A DNA stretch of 64,000 nt from Eimeria praecox (taxonomy: Eukaryota). Of the stretch, positions 53,754-64,000 are shown piece by piece. Where the stretch lies: NCBI GenBank assembly GCA_963920595.1, contig OY986946.1, positions 8,990,001-9,054,000 of the forward strand, read 5' to 3'. Within the stretch, counting starts at the first letter, position 1; each line of letters opens with the position of its first letter. The translations under genes were made by a program, and so were the position numbers. Under the pieces are notes generated by a model. That model saw nothing but the letters and a program-made list of their open reading frames with translations, had not been told where the DNA came from and did no database searches.

Positions 53754-54224
53754 CATTGGCGCGAGGCGAAACCGTTTTTTGCATTCCTCCTTGTCTCACT
53801 GGTGTGTGCAGTGTGGGCCAAACCACTGGCCGGTCCAGACCACTGCGCTCGACGTCAAGAGGTGCAGTCTTATGCAGACAGGCGTCTCTGGCATTGTTTC
53901 TTTTGCACCGATTGTAATGGCGATAGGTTTGACGAGATTGTGCATTGGATTGGTTGTGATGGCTTTAGTGGAATTTGTGTGAGGCTTAGAGGGGACAGCG
54001 GAGTTTTGTGTGCATGGCTTGCTGGTGCACTTGGGAGAGGGTAGTGGGGGGGCTTTGAAGAGGCGAAGAGTACCGAATCTGCTTTATGTGCATGCTTTGT
54101 GTATGGGTATGTTTCACACATGTGTATAAGGTATGTATTGAGGGATGTGGGAATGCGTTTTAGTGTTAGAAGGTTTTAAGTTGATGTGGTAAGAGACAGA
54201 ACGTTGCAGAGGGAGGGGGACAAG

Positions 54225-54296
54225 TGTCCGAACCAGGAATTGAACCTGGGTTTACACGGCCACAACGTGTTGTCCTAACCTCTAGACGATTCGGAC
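54225..54296 (-). tRNA. tRNA-His(GUG), array copy
   Basis: Same cloverleaf. Confidence 0.93.
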
Positions 54297-54543
54297 CAGT
54301 GGCCCACCAGCACAGCCCCAGCTGCGTGGCGCCACAAGCAAGCAGTCCGCTGCGGCGAGTAGGGCCAGGCGTGGATTGCACACAGTAGACGGAGAGGGCT
54401 GTTGTACGGAGGCAAACAGACGTGAGACGGTGTGTGTTAAAGACGCATTTGGCAACAGCATGCGTGCAAGGATGGGGTCCAACTGTACTCGGGAAGATAG
54501 CAAGGTGTCTGGAAGGCGTGTGTGGTGAGGGGTGTGACTGTTG

Positions 54544-54615
54544 GTCCGAATCGTCTAGAGGTTAGGACAACACGTTGTGGCCGTGTAAACCCAGGTTCAA
54601 TTCCTGGTTCGGACA
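54544..54615 (+). tRNA. tRNA-His(GUG), array copy
   Basis: Same cloverleaf. Confidence 0.93.
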
Positions 54616-55086
54616 CATTGGCGCGAGGCGAAACCGTTTTTTGCATTCCTCCTTGTCTCACTGGTGTGTGCAGTGTGGGCCAAACCACTGGCCGGTCCAG
54701 ACCACTGCGCTCGACGTCAAGAGGTGCAGTCTTATGCAGACAGGCGTCTCTGGCATTGTTTCTTTTGCACCGATTGTAATGGCGATAGGTTTGACGAGAT
54801 TGTGCATTGGATTGGTTGTGATGGCTTTAGTGGAATTTGTGTGAGGCTTAGAGGGGACAGCGGAGTTTTGTGTGCATGGCTTGCTGGTGCACTTGGGAGA
54901 GGGTAGTGGGGGGGCTTTGAAGAGGCGAAGAGTACCGAATCTGCTTTATTTGCATGCTTTGTGTATGGGTATGTTTCACACATGTGTATAAGGTATGTAT
55001 TGAGGGATGTGGGAATGCGTTTTAGTGTTAGTAGGTTTTACGTTGGTGTGGTAAGAGACAGAACGTTGCAGAGGGAGGGGGACAAG

Positions 55087-55158
55087 TGTCCGAACCAGGA
55101 ATTGAACCTGGGTTTACACGGCCACAACGTGCTGTCCTAACCTCTAGACGATTCGGAC
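55087..55158 (-). tRNA. tRNA-His(GUG), array copy, A27G variant
   Basis: Cloverleaf with a G27.U43 wobble. Confidence 0.9.
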
Positions 55159-55405
55159 CAGTGGCCCACCAGCACAGCCCCAGCTGCGTGGCGCCACAAG
55201 CAAGCAGTCCGCTGCGGCGAGTAGGGCCAGGCGTGGATTGCACACAGTAGACGGAGAGGGCTGTTGTACGGAGGCAAGCAGACGTGAGACGGTGTGTGTT
55301 GAAGACGCATTTGGCAACAGCATGCGTGCAAGGATGGGGTCCAACTGTACTCGGGAAGATAGCAAGGTGTCTGGAAGGCGTGTGTGGTGAGGGGTGTGAC
55401 TGTTG

Positions 55406-55477
55406 GTCCGAATCGTCTAGAGGTTAGGACAGCACGTTGTGGCCGTGTAAACCCAGGTTCAATTCCTGGTTCGGACA
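55406..55477 (+). tRNA. tRNA-His(GUG), array copy, A27G variant
   Basis: Cloverleaf with a G27.U43 wobble (G at 55432). Confidence 0.9.
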
Positions 55478-55948
55478 CATTGGCGAGAGGGGAAACCGTT
55501 TTTTGCATTCCTCCTTGTCTCACTGGTGTGTGCAGTGTGGGCCAAACCACTGGCCGGTCCAGACCACTGCGCTCGACGTCAAGAGGTGCAGTCTTATGCA
55601 GACAGGCGTCTCTGGCATTGTTTCTTTTGCACCGATTGTAATGGCGATAGGTTTGACGAGATTGTGCATTGGATTGGTTGTGATGGCTTTAGTGGAATTT
55701 GTGTGAGGCTTAGAGGGGACAGCGGAGTTTTGTGTGCATGGCTTGCTGGTGCACTTGGGAGAGGGTAGTGGGGGGGCTTTGAAGAGGCGAAGAGTACCGA
55801 ATCTGCTTTATTTGCATGCTTTGTGTATGGGTATGTTTCACACATGTGTATAAGGTATGTATTGAGGGATGTGGGAATGCGTTTTAGTGTTAGTAGGTTT
55901 TACGTTGGTGTGGTAAGAGACAGAACGTTGCAGAGGGAGGGGGACAAG

Positions 55949-56020
55949 TGTCCGAACCAGGAATTGAACCTGGGTTTACACGGCCACAACGTGTTGTCCT
56001 AACCTCTAGACGATTCGGAC
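55949..56020 (-). tRNA. tRNA-His(GUG), array copy
   Basis: Same cloverleaf. Confidence 0.93.
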
Positions 56021-56267
56021 CAGTGGCCCACCAGCACAGCCCCAGCTGCGTGGCGCCACAAGCAAGCAGTCCGCTGCGGCGAGTAGGACCAGGCGTGGAT
56101 TGCACACAGTAGATCGAGAGGGCTGTTGTACGGAGGCAAGCAGACGTGAGACGGTGTGTGTTGAAGACGCACTTGGCAACAGCATGCGTGCAAGGATGGG
56201 GTCCAACTGTACTCGGGAAGATGGCAAGGTGTCTGGAAAACGTGGGTGGTGAGGGGTGTGACTGTTG

Positions 56268-56339
56268 GTCCGAATCGTCTAGAGGTTAGGACAACACGTT
56301 GTGGCCGTGTAAACCCAGGTTCAATTCCTGGTTCGGACA
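56268..56339 (+). tRNA. tRNA-His(GUG), array copy
   Basis: Same cloverleaf. Confidence 0.93.
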
Positions 56340-56810
56340 CATTGGCGAGAGGGGAAACCGTTTTTTGCATTCCTCCTTGTCTCACTGGTGTGTGCAGTGT
56401 GGGCCAAACCACTGGCCGGTCCAGACCACTGCGCTCGACGTCAAGAGGTGCAGTCTTATGCAGACAGGCGTCTCTGGCATTGTTTCTTTTGCACCGATTG
56501 TAATGGCGATAGGTTTGACGAGATTGTGCATTGGATTGGTTGTGATGGCTTTAGTGGAATTTGTGTGAGGCTTAGAGGGGACAGCGGAGTTTTGTGTGCA
56601 TGGCTTGCTGGTGCACTTGGGAGAGGGTAGTGGGGGGGCTTTGAAGTGGCGAAGAGTACCGAATCTGCTTTATTTGCATGCTTTGTGTATGGGTATGTTT
56701 CACACATGTGTATAAGGTATGTATTGAGGGATGTGGGAATGCGTTTTAGTGTTAGAAGGTTTTAAGTTGATGTGGTAAGAGACAGAACGTTGCAGAGGGA
56801 GGGGGACAAG

Positions 56811-56882
56811 TGTCCGAACCAGGAATTGAACCTGGGTTTACACGGCCACAACGTGCTGTCCTAACCTCTAGACGATTCGGAC
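56811..56882 (-). tRNA. tRNA-His(GUG), array copy, A27G variant
   Basis: Cloverleaf with a G27.U43 wobble. Confidence 0.9.
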
Positions 56883-57129
56883 CAGTGGCCCACCAGCACA
56901 GCCCAAGCTGCGTGGCGCCACAAGCAAGCAGTCCGCTGCGGCGAGTAGGGCCAGGCGTGGATTGCACACAGTAGACGGAGAGGGCTGTTGTACGGAGGCA
57001 AGCAGACGTGAGACGGTGTGTGTTGAAGACGCATTTGGCAACAGCATGCGTGCAAGGATGGGGTCCAACTGTACTCGGGAAGATAGCAAGGTGTCTGGAA
57101 GGCGTGTGTGGTGAGGGGTGTGACTGTTG

Positions 57130-57201
57130 GTCCGAATCGTCTAGAGGTTAGGACAACACGTTGTGGCCGTGTAAACCCAGGTTCAATTCCTGGTTCGGAC
57201 A
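57130..57201 (+). tRNA. tRNA-His(GUG), array copy
   Basis: Same cloverleaf. Confidence 0.93.
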
Positions 57202-57672
57202 CATTGGCGCGAGGCGAAACCGTTTTTTGCATTCCTCCTTGTCTCACTGGTGTGTGCAGTGTGGGCCAAACCACTGGCCGGTCCAGACCACTGCGCTCGA
57301 CGTCAAGAGGTGCAGTCTTATGCAGACAGGCGTCTCTGGCATTGTTTCTTTTGCACCGATTGTAATGGCGATAGGTTTGACGAGATTGTGCATTGGATTG
57401 GTTGTGATGGCTTTAGTGGAATTTGTGTGAGGCTTAGAGGGGACAGCGGAGTTTTGTGTGCATGGCTTGCTGGTGCACTTGGGAGAGGGTAGTGGGGGGG
57501 CTTTGAAGAGGCGAAGAGTACCGAATCTGCTTTATTTGCATGCTTTGTGTATGGGTATGTTTCACACATGTGTATAAGGTATGTATTGAGGGATGTGGGA
57601 ATGCGTTTTAGTGTTAGTAGGTTTTACGTTGGTGTGGTAAGAGACAGAACGTTGCAGAGGGAGGGGGACAAG

Positions 57673-57744
57673 TGTCCGAACCAGGAATTGAACCTGGGTT
57701 TACACGGCCACAACGTGTTGTCCTAACCTCTAGACGATTCGGAC
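57673..57744 (-). tRNA. tRNA-His(GUG), array copy
   Basis: Same cloverleaf. Confidence 0.93.
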
Positions 57745-57991
57745 CAGTGGCCCACCAGCACAGCCCAAGCTGCGTGGCGCCACAAGCAAGCAGTCCGCTG
57801 CGGCGAGTAGGACCAGGCGTGGATTGCACACAGTAGATCGAGAGGGCTGTTGTACGGAGGCAAGCAGACGTGAGACGGTGTGTGTTGAAGACGCATTTGG
57901 CAACAGCATGCGTGCAAGGATGGGGTCCAACTGTACTCGGGAAGATGGCAAGGTGTCTGGAAAACGTGGGTGGTGAGGGGTGTGACTGTTG

Positions 57992-58063
57992 GTCCGAATC
58001 GTCTAGAGGTTAGGACAACACGTTGTGGCCGTGTAAACCCAGGTTCAATTCCTGGTTCGGACA
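57992..58063 (+). tRNA. tRNA-His(GUG), array copy
   Basis: Same cloverleaf. Confidence 0.93.
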
Positions 58064-58534
58064 CATTGGCGAGAGGGGAAACCGTTTTTTGCATTCCTCC
58101 TTGTCTCACTGGTGTGTGCAGTGTGGGCCAAACCACTGGCCGGTCCAGACCACTGCGCTCGACGTCAAGAGGTGCAGTCTTATGCAGACAGGCGTCTCTG
58201 GCATTGTTTCTTTTGCACCGATTGTAATGGCGATAGGTTTGACGAGATTGTGCATTGGATTGGTTGTGATGGCTTTAGTGGAATTTGTGTGAGGCTTAGA
58301 GGGGACAGCGGAGTTTTGTGTGCATGGCTTGCTGGTGCACTTGGGAGAGGGTAGTGGGGGGGCTTTGAAGTGGCGAAGAGTACCGAATCTGCTTTATTTG
58401 CATGCTTTGTGTATGGGTATGTTTCACACATGTGTATAAGGTATGTATTGAGGGATGTGGGAATGCGTTTTAGTGTTAGAAGGTTTTAAGTTGATGTGGT
58501 AAGAGACAGAACGTTGCAGAGGGAGGGGGACAAG

Positions 58535-58606
58535 TGTCCGAACCAGGAATTGAACCTGGGTTTACACGGCCACAACGTGCTGTCCTAACCTCTAGACGAT
58601 TCGGAC
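58535..58606 (-). tRNA. tRNA-His(GUG), array copy, A27G variant
   Basis: Cloverleaf with a G27.U43 wobble. Confidence 0.9.
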
Positions 58607-58853
58607 CAGTGGCCCACCAGCACAGCCCCAGCTGCGTGGCGCCACAAGCAAGCAGTCCGCTGCGGCGAGTAGGGCCAGGCGTGGATTGCACACAGTAGAC
58701 GGAGAGGGCTGTTGTACGGAGGCAAGCAGACGTGAGACGGTGTGTGTTGAAGACGCATTTGGCAACAGCATGCGTGCAAGGATGGGGTCCAACTGTACTC
58801 GGGAAGATAGCAAGGTGTCTGGAAGGCGTGTGTGGTGAGGGGTGTGACTGTTG

Positions 58854-58925
58854 GTCCGAATCGTCTAGAGGTTAGGACAACACGTTGTGGCCGTGTAAAC
58901 CCAGGTTCAATTCCTGGTTCGGACA
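58854..58925 (+). tRNA. tRNA-His(GUG), array copy
   Basis: Same cloverleaf. Confidence 0.93.
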
Positions 58926-59396
58926 CATTGGCGCGAGGCGAAACCGTTTTTTGCATTCCTCCTTGTCTCACTGGTGTGTGCAGTGTGGGCCAAACCACTG
59001 GCCGGTCCAGACCACTGCGCTCGACGTCAAGAGGTGCAGTCTTATGCAGACAGGCGTCTCTGGCATTGTTTCTTTTGCACCGATTGTAATGGCGATAGGT
59101 TTGACGAGATTGTGCATTGGATTGGTTGTGATGGCTTTAGTGGAATTTGTGTGAGGCTTAGAGGGGACAGCGGAGTTTTGTGTGCATGGCTTGCTGGTGC
59201 ACTTGGGAGAGGGTAGTGGGGGGGCTTTGAAGAGGCGAAGAGTACCGAATCTGCTTTATTTGCATGCTTTGTGTATGGGTATGTTTCACACATGTGTATA
59301 AGGTATGTATTGAGGGATGTGGGAATGCGTTTTAGTGTTAGTAGGTTTTAAGTTGGTGTGGTAAGAGACAGAACGTTGCAGAGGGAGGGGGACAAG

Positions 59397-59468
59397 TGTC
59401 CGAACCAGGAATTGAACCTGGGTTTACACGGCCACAACGTGTTGTCCTAACCTCTAGACGATTCGGAC
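59397..59468 (-). tRNA. tRNA-His(GUG), array copy
   Basis: Same cloverleaf. Confidence 0.93.
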
Positions 59469-59715
59469 CAGTGGCCCACCAGCACAGCCCAAGCTGCGTG
59501 GCGCCACAAGCAAGCAGTCCGCTGCGGCGAGTAGGGCCAGGCGTGGATTGCACACAGTAGATCGAGAGGGCTGTTGTACGGAGGCAAGCAGACGTGAGAC
59601 GGTGTGTGTTGAAGACGCATTTGGCAACAGCATGCGTGCAAGGATGGGGTCCAACTGTACTCGGGAAGATGGCAAGGTGTCTGGAAAACGTGGGTGGTGA
59701 GGGGTGTGACTGTTG

Positions 59716-59787
59716 GTCCGAATCGTCTAGAGGTTAGGACAACACGTTGTGGCCGTGTAAACCCAGGTTCAATTCCTGGTTCGGACA
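59716..59787 (+). tRNA. tRNA-His(GUG), array copy
   Basis: Same cloverleaf. Confidence 0.93.
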
Positions 59788-60258
59788 CATTGGCGAGAGG
59801 GGAAACCGTTTTTTGCATTCCTCCTTGTCTCACTGGTGTGTGCAGTGTGGGCCAAACCACTGGCCGGTCCAGACCACTGCGCTCGACGTCAAGAGGTGCA
59901 GTCTTATGCAGACAGGCGTCTCTGGCATTGTTTCTTTTGCACCGATTGTAATGGCGATAGGTTTGACGAGATTGTGCATTGGATTGGTTGTGATGGCTTT
60001 AGTGGAATTTGTGTGAGGCTTAGAGGGGACAGCGGAGTTTTGTGTGCATGGCTTGCTGGTGCACTTGGGAGAGGGTAGTGGGGGGGCTTTGAAGAGGCGA
60101 AGAGTACCGAATCTGCTTTATTTGCATGCTTTGTGTATGGGTATGTTTCACACATGTGTATAAGGTATGTATTGAGGGATGTGGGAATGCGTTTTAGTGT
60201 TAGTAGGTTTTACGTTGGTGTGGTAAGAGACAGAACGTTGCAGAGGGAGGGGGACAAG

Positions 60259-60330
60259 TGTCCGAACCAGGAATTGAACCTGGGTTTACACGGCCACAAC
60301 GTGTTGTCCTAACCTCTAGACGATTCGGAC
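60259..60330 (-). tRNA. tRNA-His(GUG), array copy
   Basis: Same cloverleaf. Confidence 0.93.
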
Positions 60331-60577
60331 CAGTGGCCCACCAGCACAGCCCAAGCTGCGTGGCGCCACAAGCAAGCAGTCCGCTGCGGCGAGTAGGGCC
60401 AGGCGTGGATTGCAGACAGTAGATCGAGAGGGCTGTTGTACGGAGGCAAGCAGACGTGAGACGGTGTGTGTTGAAGACGCACTTGGCAACAGCATGCGTG
60501 CAAGGATGGGGTCCAACTGTACTCGGGAAGATGGCAAGGTGTCTGGAAAACGTGTGTGGTGAGGGGTGTGACTGTTG

Positions 60578-60649
60578 GTCCGAATCGTCTAGAGGTTAGG
60601 ACAACACGTTGTGGCCGTGTAAACCCAGGTTCAATTCCTGGTTCGGACA
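60578..60649 (+). tRNA. tRNA-His(GUG), array copy
   Basis: Same cloverleaf. Confidence 0.93.
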
Positions 60650-61120
60650 CATTGGCGCGAGGCGAAACCGTTTTTTGCATTCCTCCTTGTCTCACTGGTG
60701 TGTGCAGTGTGGGCCAAACCACTGGCCGGTCCAGACCACTGCGCTCGACGTCAAGAGGTGCAGTCTTATGCAGACAGGCGTCTCTGGCATTGTTTCTTTT
60801 GCACCGATTGTAATGGCGATAGGTTTGACGAGATTGTGCATTGGATTGGTTGTGATGGCTTTAGTGGAATTTGTGTGAGGCTTAGAGGGGACAGCGGAGT
60901 TTTGTGTGCATGGCTTGCTGGTGCACTTGGGAGAGGGTAGTGGGGGGGCTTTGAAGAGGCGAAGAGTACCGAATCTGCTTTATTTGCATGCTTTGTGTAT
61001 GGGTATGTTTCACACATGTGTATAAGGTATGTATTGAGGGATGTGGGAATGCGTTTTAGTGTTAGTAGGTTTTAAGTTGGTGTGGTAAGAGACAGAACGT
61101 TGCAGAGGGAGGGGGACAAG

Positions 61121-61192
61121 TGTCCGAACCAGGAATTGAACCTGGGTTTACACGGCCACAACGTGTTGTCCTAACCTCTAGACGATTCGGAC
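61121..61192 (-). tRNA. tRNA-His(GUG), array copy
   Basis: Same cloverleaf. Confidence 0.93.
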
Positions 61193-61439
61193 CAGTGGCC
61201 CACCAGCACAGCCCAAGCTGCGTGGCGCCACAAGCAAGCAGTCCGCTGCGGCGAGTAGGGCCAGGCGTGGATTGCACACAGTAGACGGAGAGGGCTGTTG
61301 TACGGAGGCAAACAGACGTGAGACGGTGTGTGTTGAAGACGCATTTGGCAACAGCATGCGTGCAAGGATGGGGTCCAACTGTACTCGGGAAGATGGCAAG
61401 GTGTCTGGAAAACGTGGGTGGTGAGGGGTGTGACTGTTG

Positions 61440-61511
61440 GTCCGAATCGTCTAGAGGTTAGGACAACACGTTGTGGCCGTGTAAACCCAGGTTCAATTCC
61501 TGGTTCGGACA
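61440..61511 (+). tRNA. tRNA-His(GUG), array copy
   Basis: Same cloverleaf. Confidence 0.93.
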
Positions 61512-61982
61512 CATTGGCGAGAGGGGAAACCGTTTTTTGCATTCCTCCTTGTCTCACTGGTGTGTGCAGTGTGGGCCAAACCACTGGCCGGTCCAGACCA
61601 CTGCGCTCGACGTCAAGAGGTGCAGTCTTATGCAGACAGGCGTCTCTGGCATTGTTTCTTTTGCACCGATTGTAATGGCGATAGGTTTGACGAGATTGTG
61701 CATTGGATTGGTTGTGATGGCTTTAGTGGAATTTGTGTGAGGCTTAGAGGGGACAGCGGAGTTTTGTGTGCATGGCTTGCTGGTGCACTTGGGAGAGGGT
61801 AGTGGGGGGGCTTTGAAGAGGCGAAGAGTACCGAATCTGCTTTATTTGCATGCTTTGTGTATGGGTATGTTTCACACATGTGTATAAGGTATGTATTGAG
61901 GGATGTGGGAATGCGTTTTAGTGTTAGTAGGTTTTACGTTGGTGTGGTAAGAGACAGAACGTTGCAGAGGGAGGGGGACAAG

Positions 61983-62054
61983 TGTCCGAACCAGGAATTG
62001 AACCTGGGTTTACACGGCCACAACGTGTTGTCCTAACCTCTAGACGATTCGGAC
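61983..62054 (-). tRNA. tRNA-His(GUG), array copy
   Basis: Same cloverleaf. Confidence 0.93.
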
Positions 62055-62301
62055 CAGTGGCCCACCAGCACAGCCCAAGCTGCGTGGCGCCACAAGCAAG
62101 CAGTCCGCTGCGGCGAGTAGGGCCAGGCGTGGATTGCACACAGTAGACGGAGAGGGCTGTTGTACGGAGGCAAGCAGACGTGAGACGGTGTGTGTTGAAG
62201 ACGCATTTGGCAACAGCATGCGTGCAAGGATGGGGTCCAACTGTACTCGGGAAGATAGCAAGGTGTCTGGAAGGCGTGTGTGGTGAGGGGTGTGACTGTT
62301 G

Positions 62302-62373
62302 GTCCGAATCGTCTAGAGGTTAGGACAACACGTTGTGGCCGTGTAAACCCAGGTTCAATTCCTGGTTCGGACA
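62302..62373 (+). tRNA. tRNA-His(GUG), array copy
   Basis: Same cloverleaf. Confidence 0.93.
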
Positions 62374-62844
62374 CATTGGCTCGAGGCGAAACCGTTTTTT
62401 GCATTCCTCCTTGTCTCACTGGTGTGTGCAGTGTGGGCCAAACCACTGGCCGGTCCAGACCACTGCGCTCGACGTCAAGAGGTGCAGTCTTATGCAGACA
62501 GGCGTCTCTGGCATTGTTTCTTTTGCACCGATTGTAATGGCGATAGGTTTGACGAGATTGTGCATTGGATTGGTTGTGATGGCTTTAGTGGAATTTGTGT
62601 GAGGCTTAGAGGGGACAGCGGAGTTTTGTGTGCATGGCTTGCTGGTGCACTTGGGAGAGGGTAGTGGGGGGGCTTTGAAGAGGCGAAGAGTACCGAATCT
62701 GCTTTATTTGCATGCTTTGTGTATGGGTATGTTTCACACATGTGTATAAGGTATGTATTGAGGGATGTGGGAATGCGTTTTAGTGTTAGTAGGTTTTAAG
62801 TTGGTGTGGTAAGAGACAGAACGTTGCAGAGGGAGGGGGACAAG

Positions 62845-62916
62845 TGTCCGAACCAGGAATTGAACCTGGGTTTACACGGCCACAACGTGTTGTCCTAACC
62901 TCTAGACGATTCGGAC
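62845..62916 (-). tRNA. tRNA-His(GUG), array copy
   Basis: Same cloverleaf. Confidence 0.93.
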
Positions 62917-63163
62917 CAGTGGCCCACCAGCACAGCCCAAGCTGCGTGGCGCCACAAGCAAGCAGTCCGCTGCGGCGAGTAGGGCCAGGCGTGGATTGCA
63001 CACAGTAGACGGAGAGGGCTGTTGTACGGAGGCAAACAGACGTGAGACGGTGTGTGTTGAAGACGCATTTGGCAACAGCATGCGTGCAAGGATGGGGTCC
63101 AACTGTACTCGGGAAGATAGCAAGGTGTCTGGAAAACGTGGGTGGTGAGGGGTGTGACTGTTG

Positions 63164-63235
63164 GTCCGAATCGTCTAGAGGTTAGGACAACACGTTGTGG
63201 CCGTGTAAACCCAGGTTCAATTCCTGGTTCGGACA
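63164..63235 (+). tRNA. tRNA-His(GUG), array copy
   Basis: Same cloverleaf. Confidence 0.93.
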
Positions 63236-63706
63236 CATTGGCGCGAGGCGAAACCGTTTTTTGCATTCCTCCTTGTCTCACTGGTGTGTGCAGTGTGGGC
63301 CAAACCACTGGCCGGTCCAGACCACTGCGCTCGATGTCAAGAGGTGCAGTCTTATGCAGACAGGCGTCTCTGGCATTGTTTCTTTTGCACCGATTGTAAT
63401 GGCGATAGGTTTGACGAGATTGTGCATTGGATTGGTTGTGATGGCTTTAGTGGAATTTGTGTGAGGCTTAGAGGGGACAGCGGAGTTTTGTGTGCATGGC
63501 TTGCTGGTGCACTTGGGAGAGGGTAGTGGGGGGGCTTTGAAGAGGCGAAGAGTACCGAATCTGCTTTATTTGCATGCTTTGTGTATGGGTATGTTTCACA
63601 CATGTGTATAAGGTATGTATTGAGGGATGTGGGAATGCGTTTTAGTGTTAGTAGGTTTTAAGTTGGTGTGGTAAGAGACAGAACGTTGCAGCGGGAGGGG
63701 GACAAG

Positions 63707-63778
63707 TGTCCGAACCAGGAATTGAACCTGGGTTTACACGGCCACAACGTGTTGTCCTAACCTCTAGACGATTCGGAC
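63707..63778 (-). tRNA. tRNA-His(GUG), array copy
   Basis: Same cloverleaf. Confidence 0.93.
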
Positions 63779-64000
63779 CAGTGGCCCACCAGCACAGCCC
63801 AAGCTGCGTGGCGCCACAAGCAAGCAGTCCGCTGCGGCGAGTAGGGCCAGGCGTGGATTGCACACAGTAGACGGAGAGGGCTGTTGTACGGAGGCAAACA
63901 GACGTGAGACGGTGTGTGTTGAAGACGCATTTGGCAACAGCATGCGTGCAAGGATGGGGTCCAACTGTACTCGGGAAGATAGCAAGGTGTCTCGAAGGCG

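Larger units (their letters stand above)
42157..64000. repeat. Tandem array of 862-bp units: tRNA-His(-) 72 bp, 247-bp divergent spacer, tRNA-His(+) 72 bp, 471-bp convergent spacer; 25 full units plus a partial one, running off the window
   Basis: Exact 862-bp periodicity in both the sequence and the ORF track; units differ only by substitutions. Confidence 0.99.

Noticed and set aside
42207..63985. Recurrent 71-137 aa ORFs in every array unit
   Set aside because: They overlap the tRNA genes on both strands, mostly start at GTG/TTG, resemble no known protein, and are broken by stop or start SNPs in some units
42157..64000. CRISPR-like repeat-spacer array
   Set aside because: The spacers are near-identical between units, the repeats are tRNA genes, there are no cas genes, and the context is eukaryotic
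42157..64000. 5S rRNA, SL RNA or snRNA genes in the spacers; MITE with tRNA-derived terminal inverted repeats
   Set aside because: No recognisable 5S or snRNA motifs and no target-site duplications; the inverted repeats are intact tRNA genes. An Rfam scan would settle the ncRNA question.

Overview
Eukaryotic nuclear DNA with the signature of a coccidian apicomplexan, most likely Eimeria (inferred from dense CAG/CTG repeats encoding poly-Q/A/S, intronic AAACCCT telomere-like heptamers, TGCATGCA motifs and an apicoplast-targeted IspF). 1-28 kb is repeat-rich. It holds a small chromodomain-like membrane protein gene, ispF, a T3/T7-type mitochondrial RNA polymerase, a divergent 8-exon helical-repeat protein gene and a hypothetical gene. 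28-42 kb is repeat-poor. It holds pyroglutamyl-peptidase I, a divergent tRNA-His pair, CLUAP1/IFT38, a ROK1/DDX52-like DEAD-box helicase and an RPA2-like OB-fold gene. From 42157 to the window end lies the main feature: a tandem array of exactly 862-bp units. Each unit carries two inverted tRNA-His(GUG) genes, giving 51 copies in view, and the array runs off the window. Only the plus-strand copies have an oligo-T terminator. The array also shows higher-order SNP structure, apparent conversion between inverted copies and a genome-encoded G at position -1. All gene models and family calls were made by eye, without database searches.
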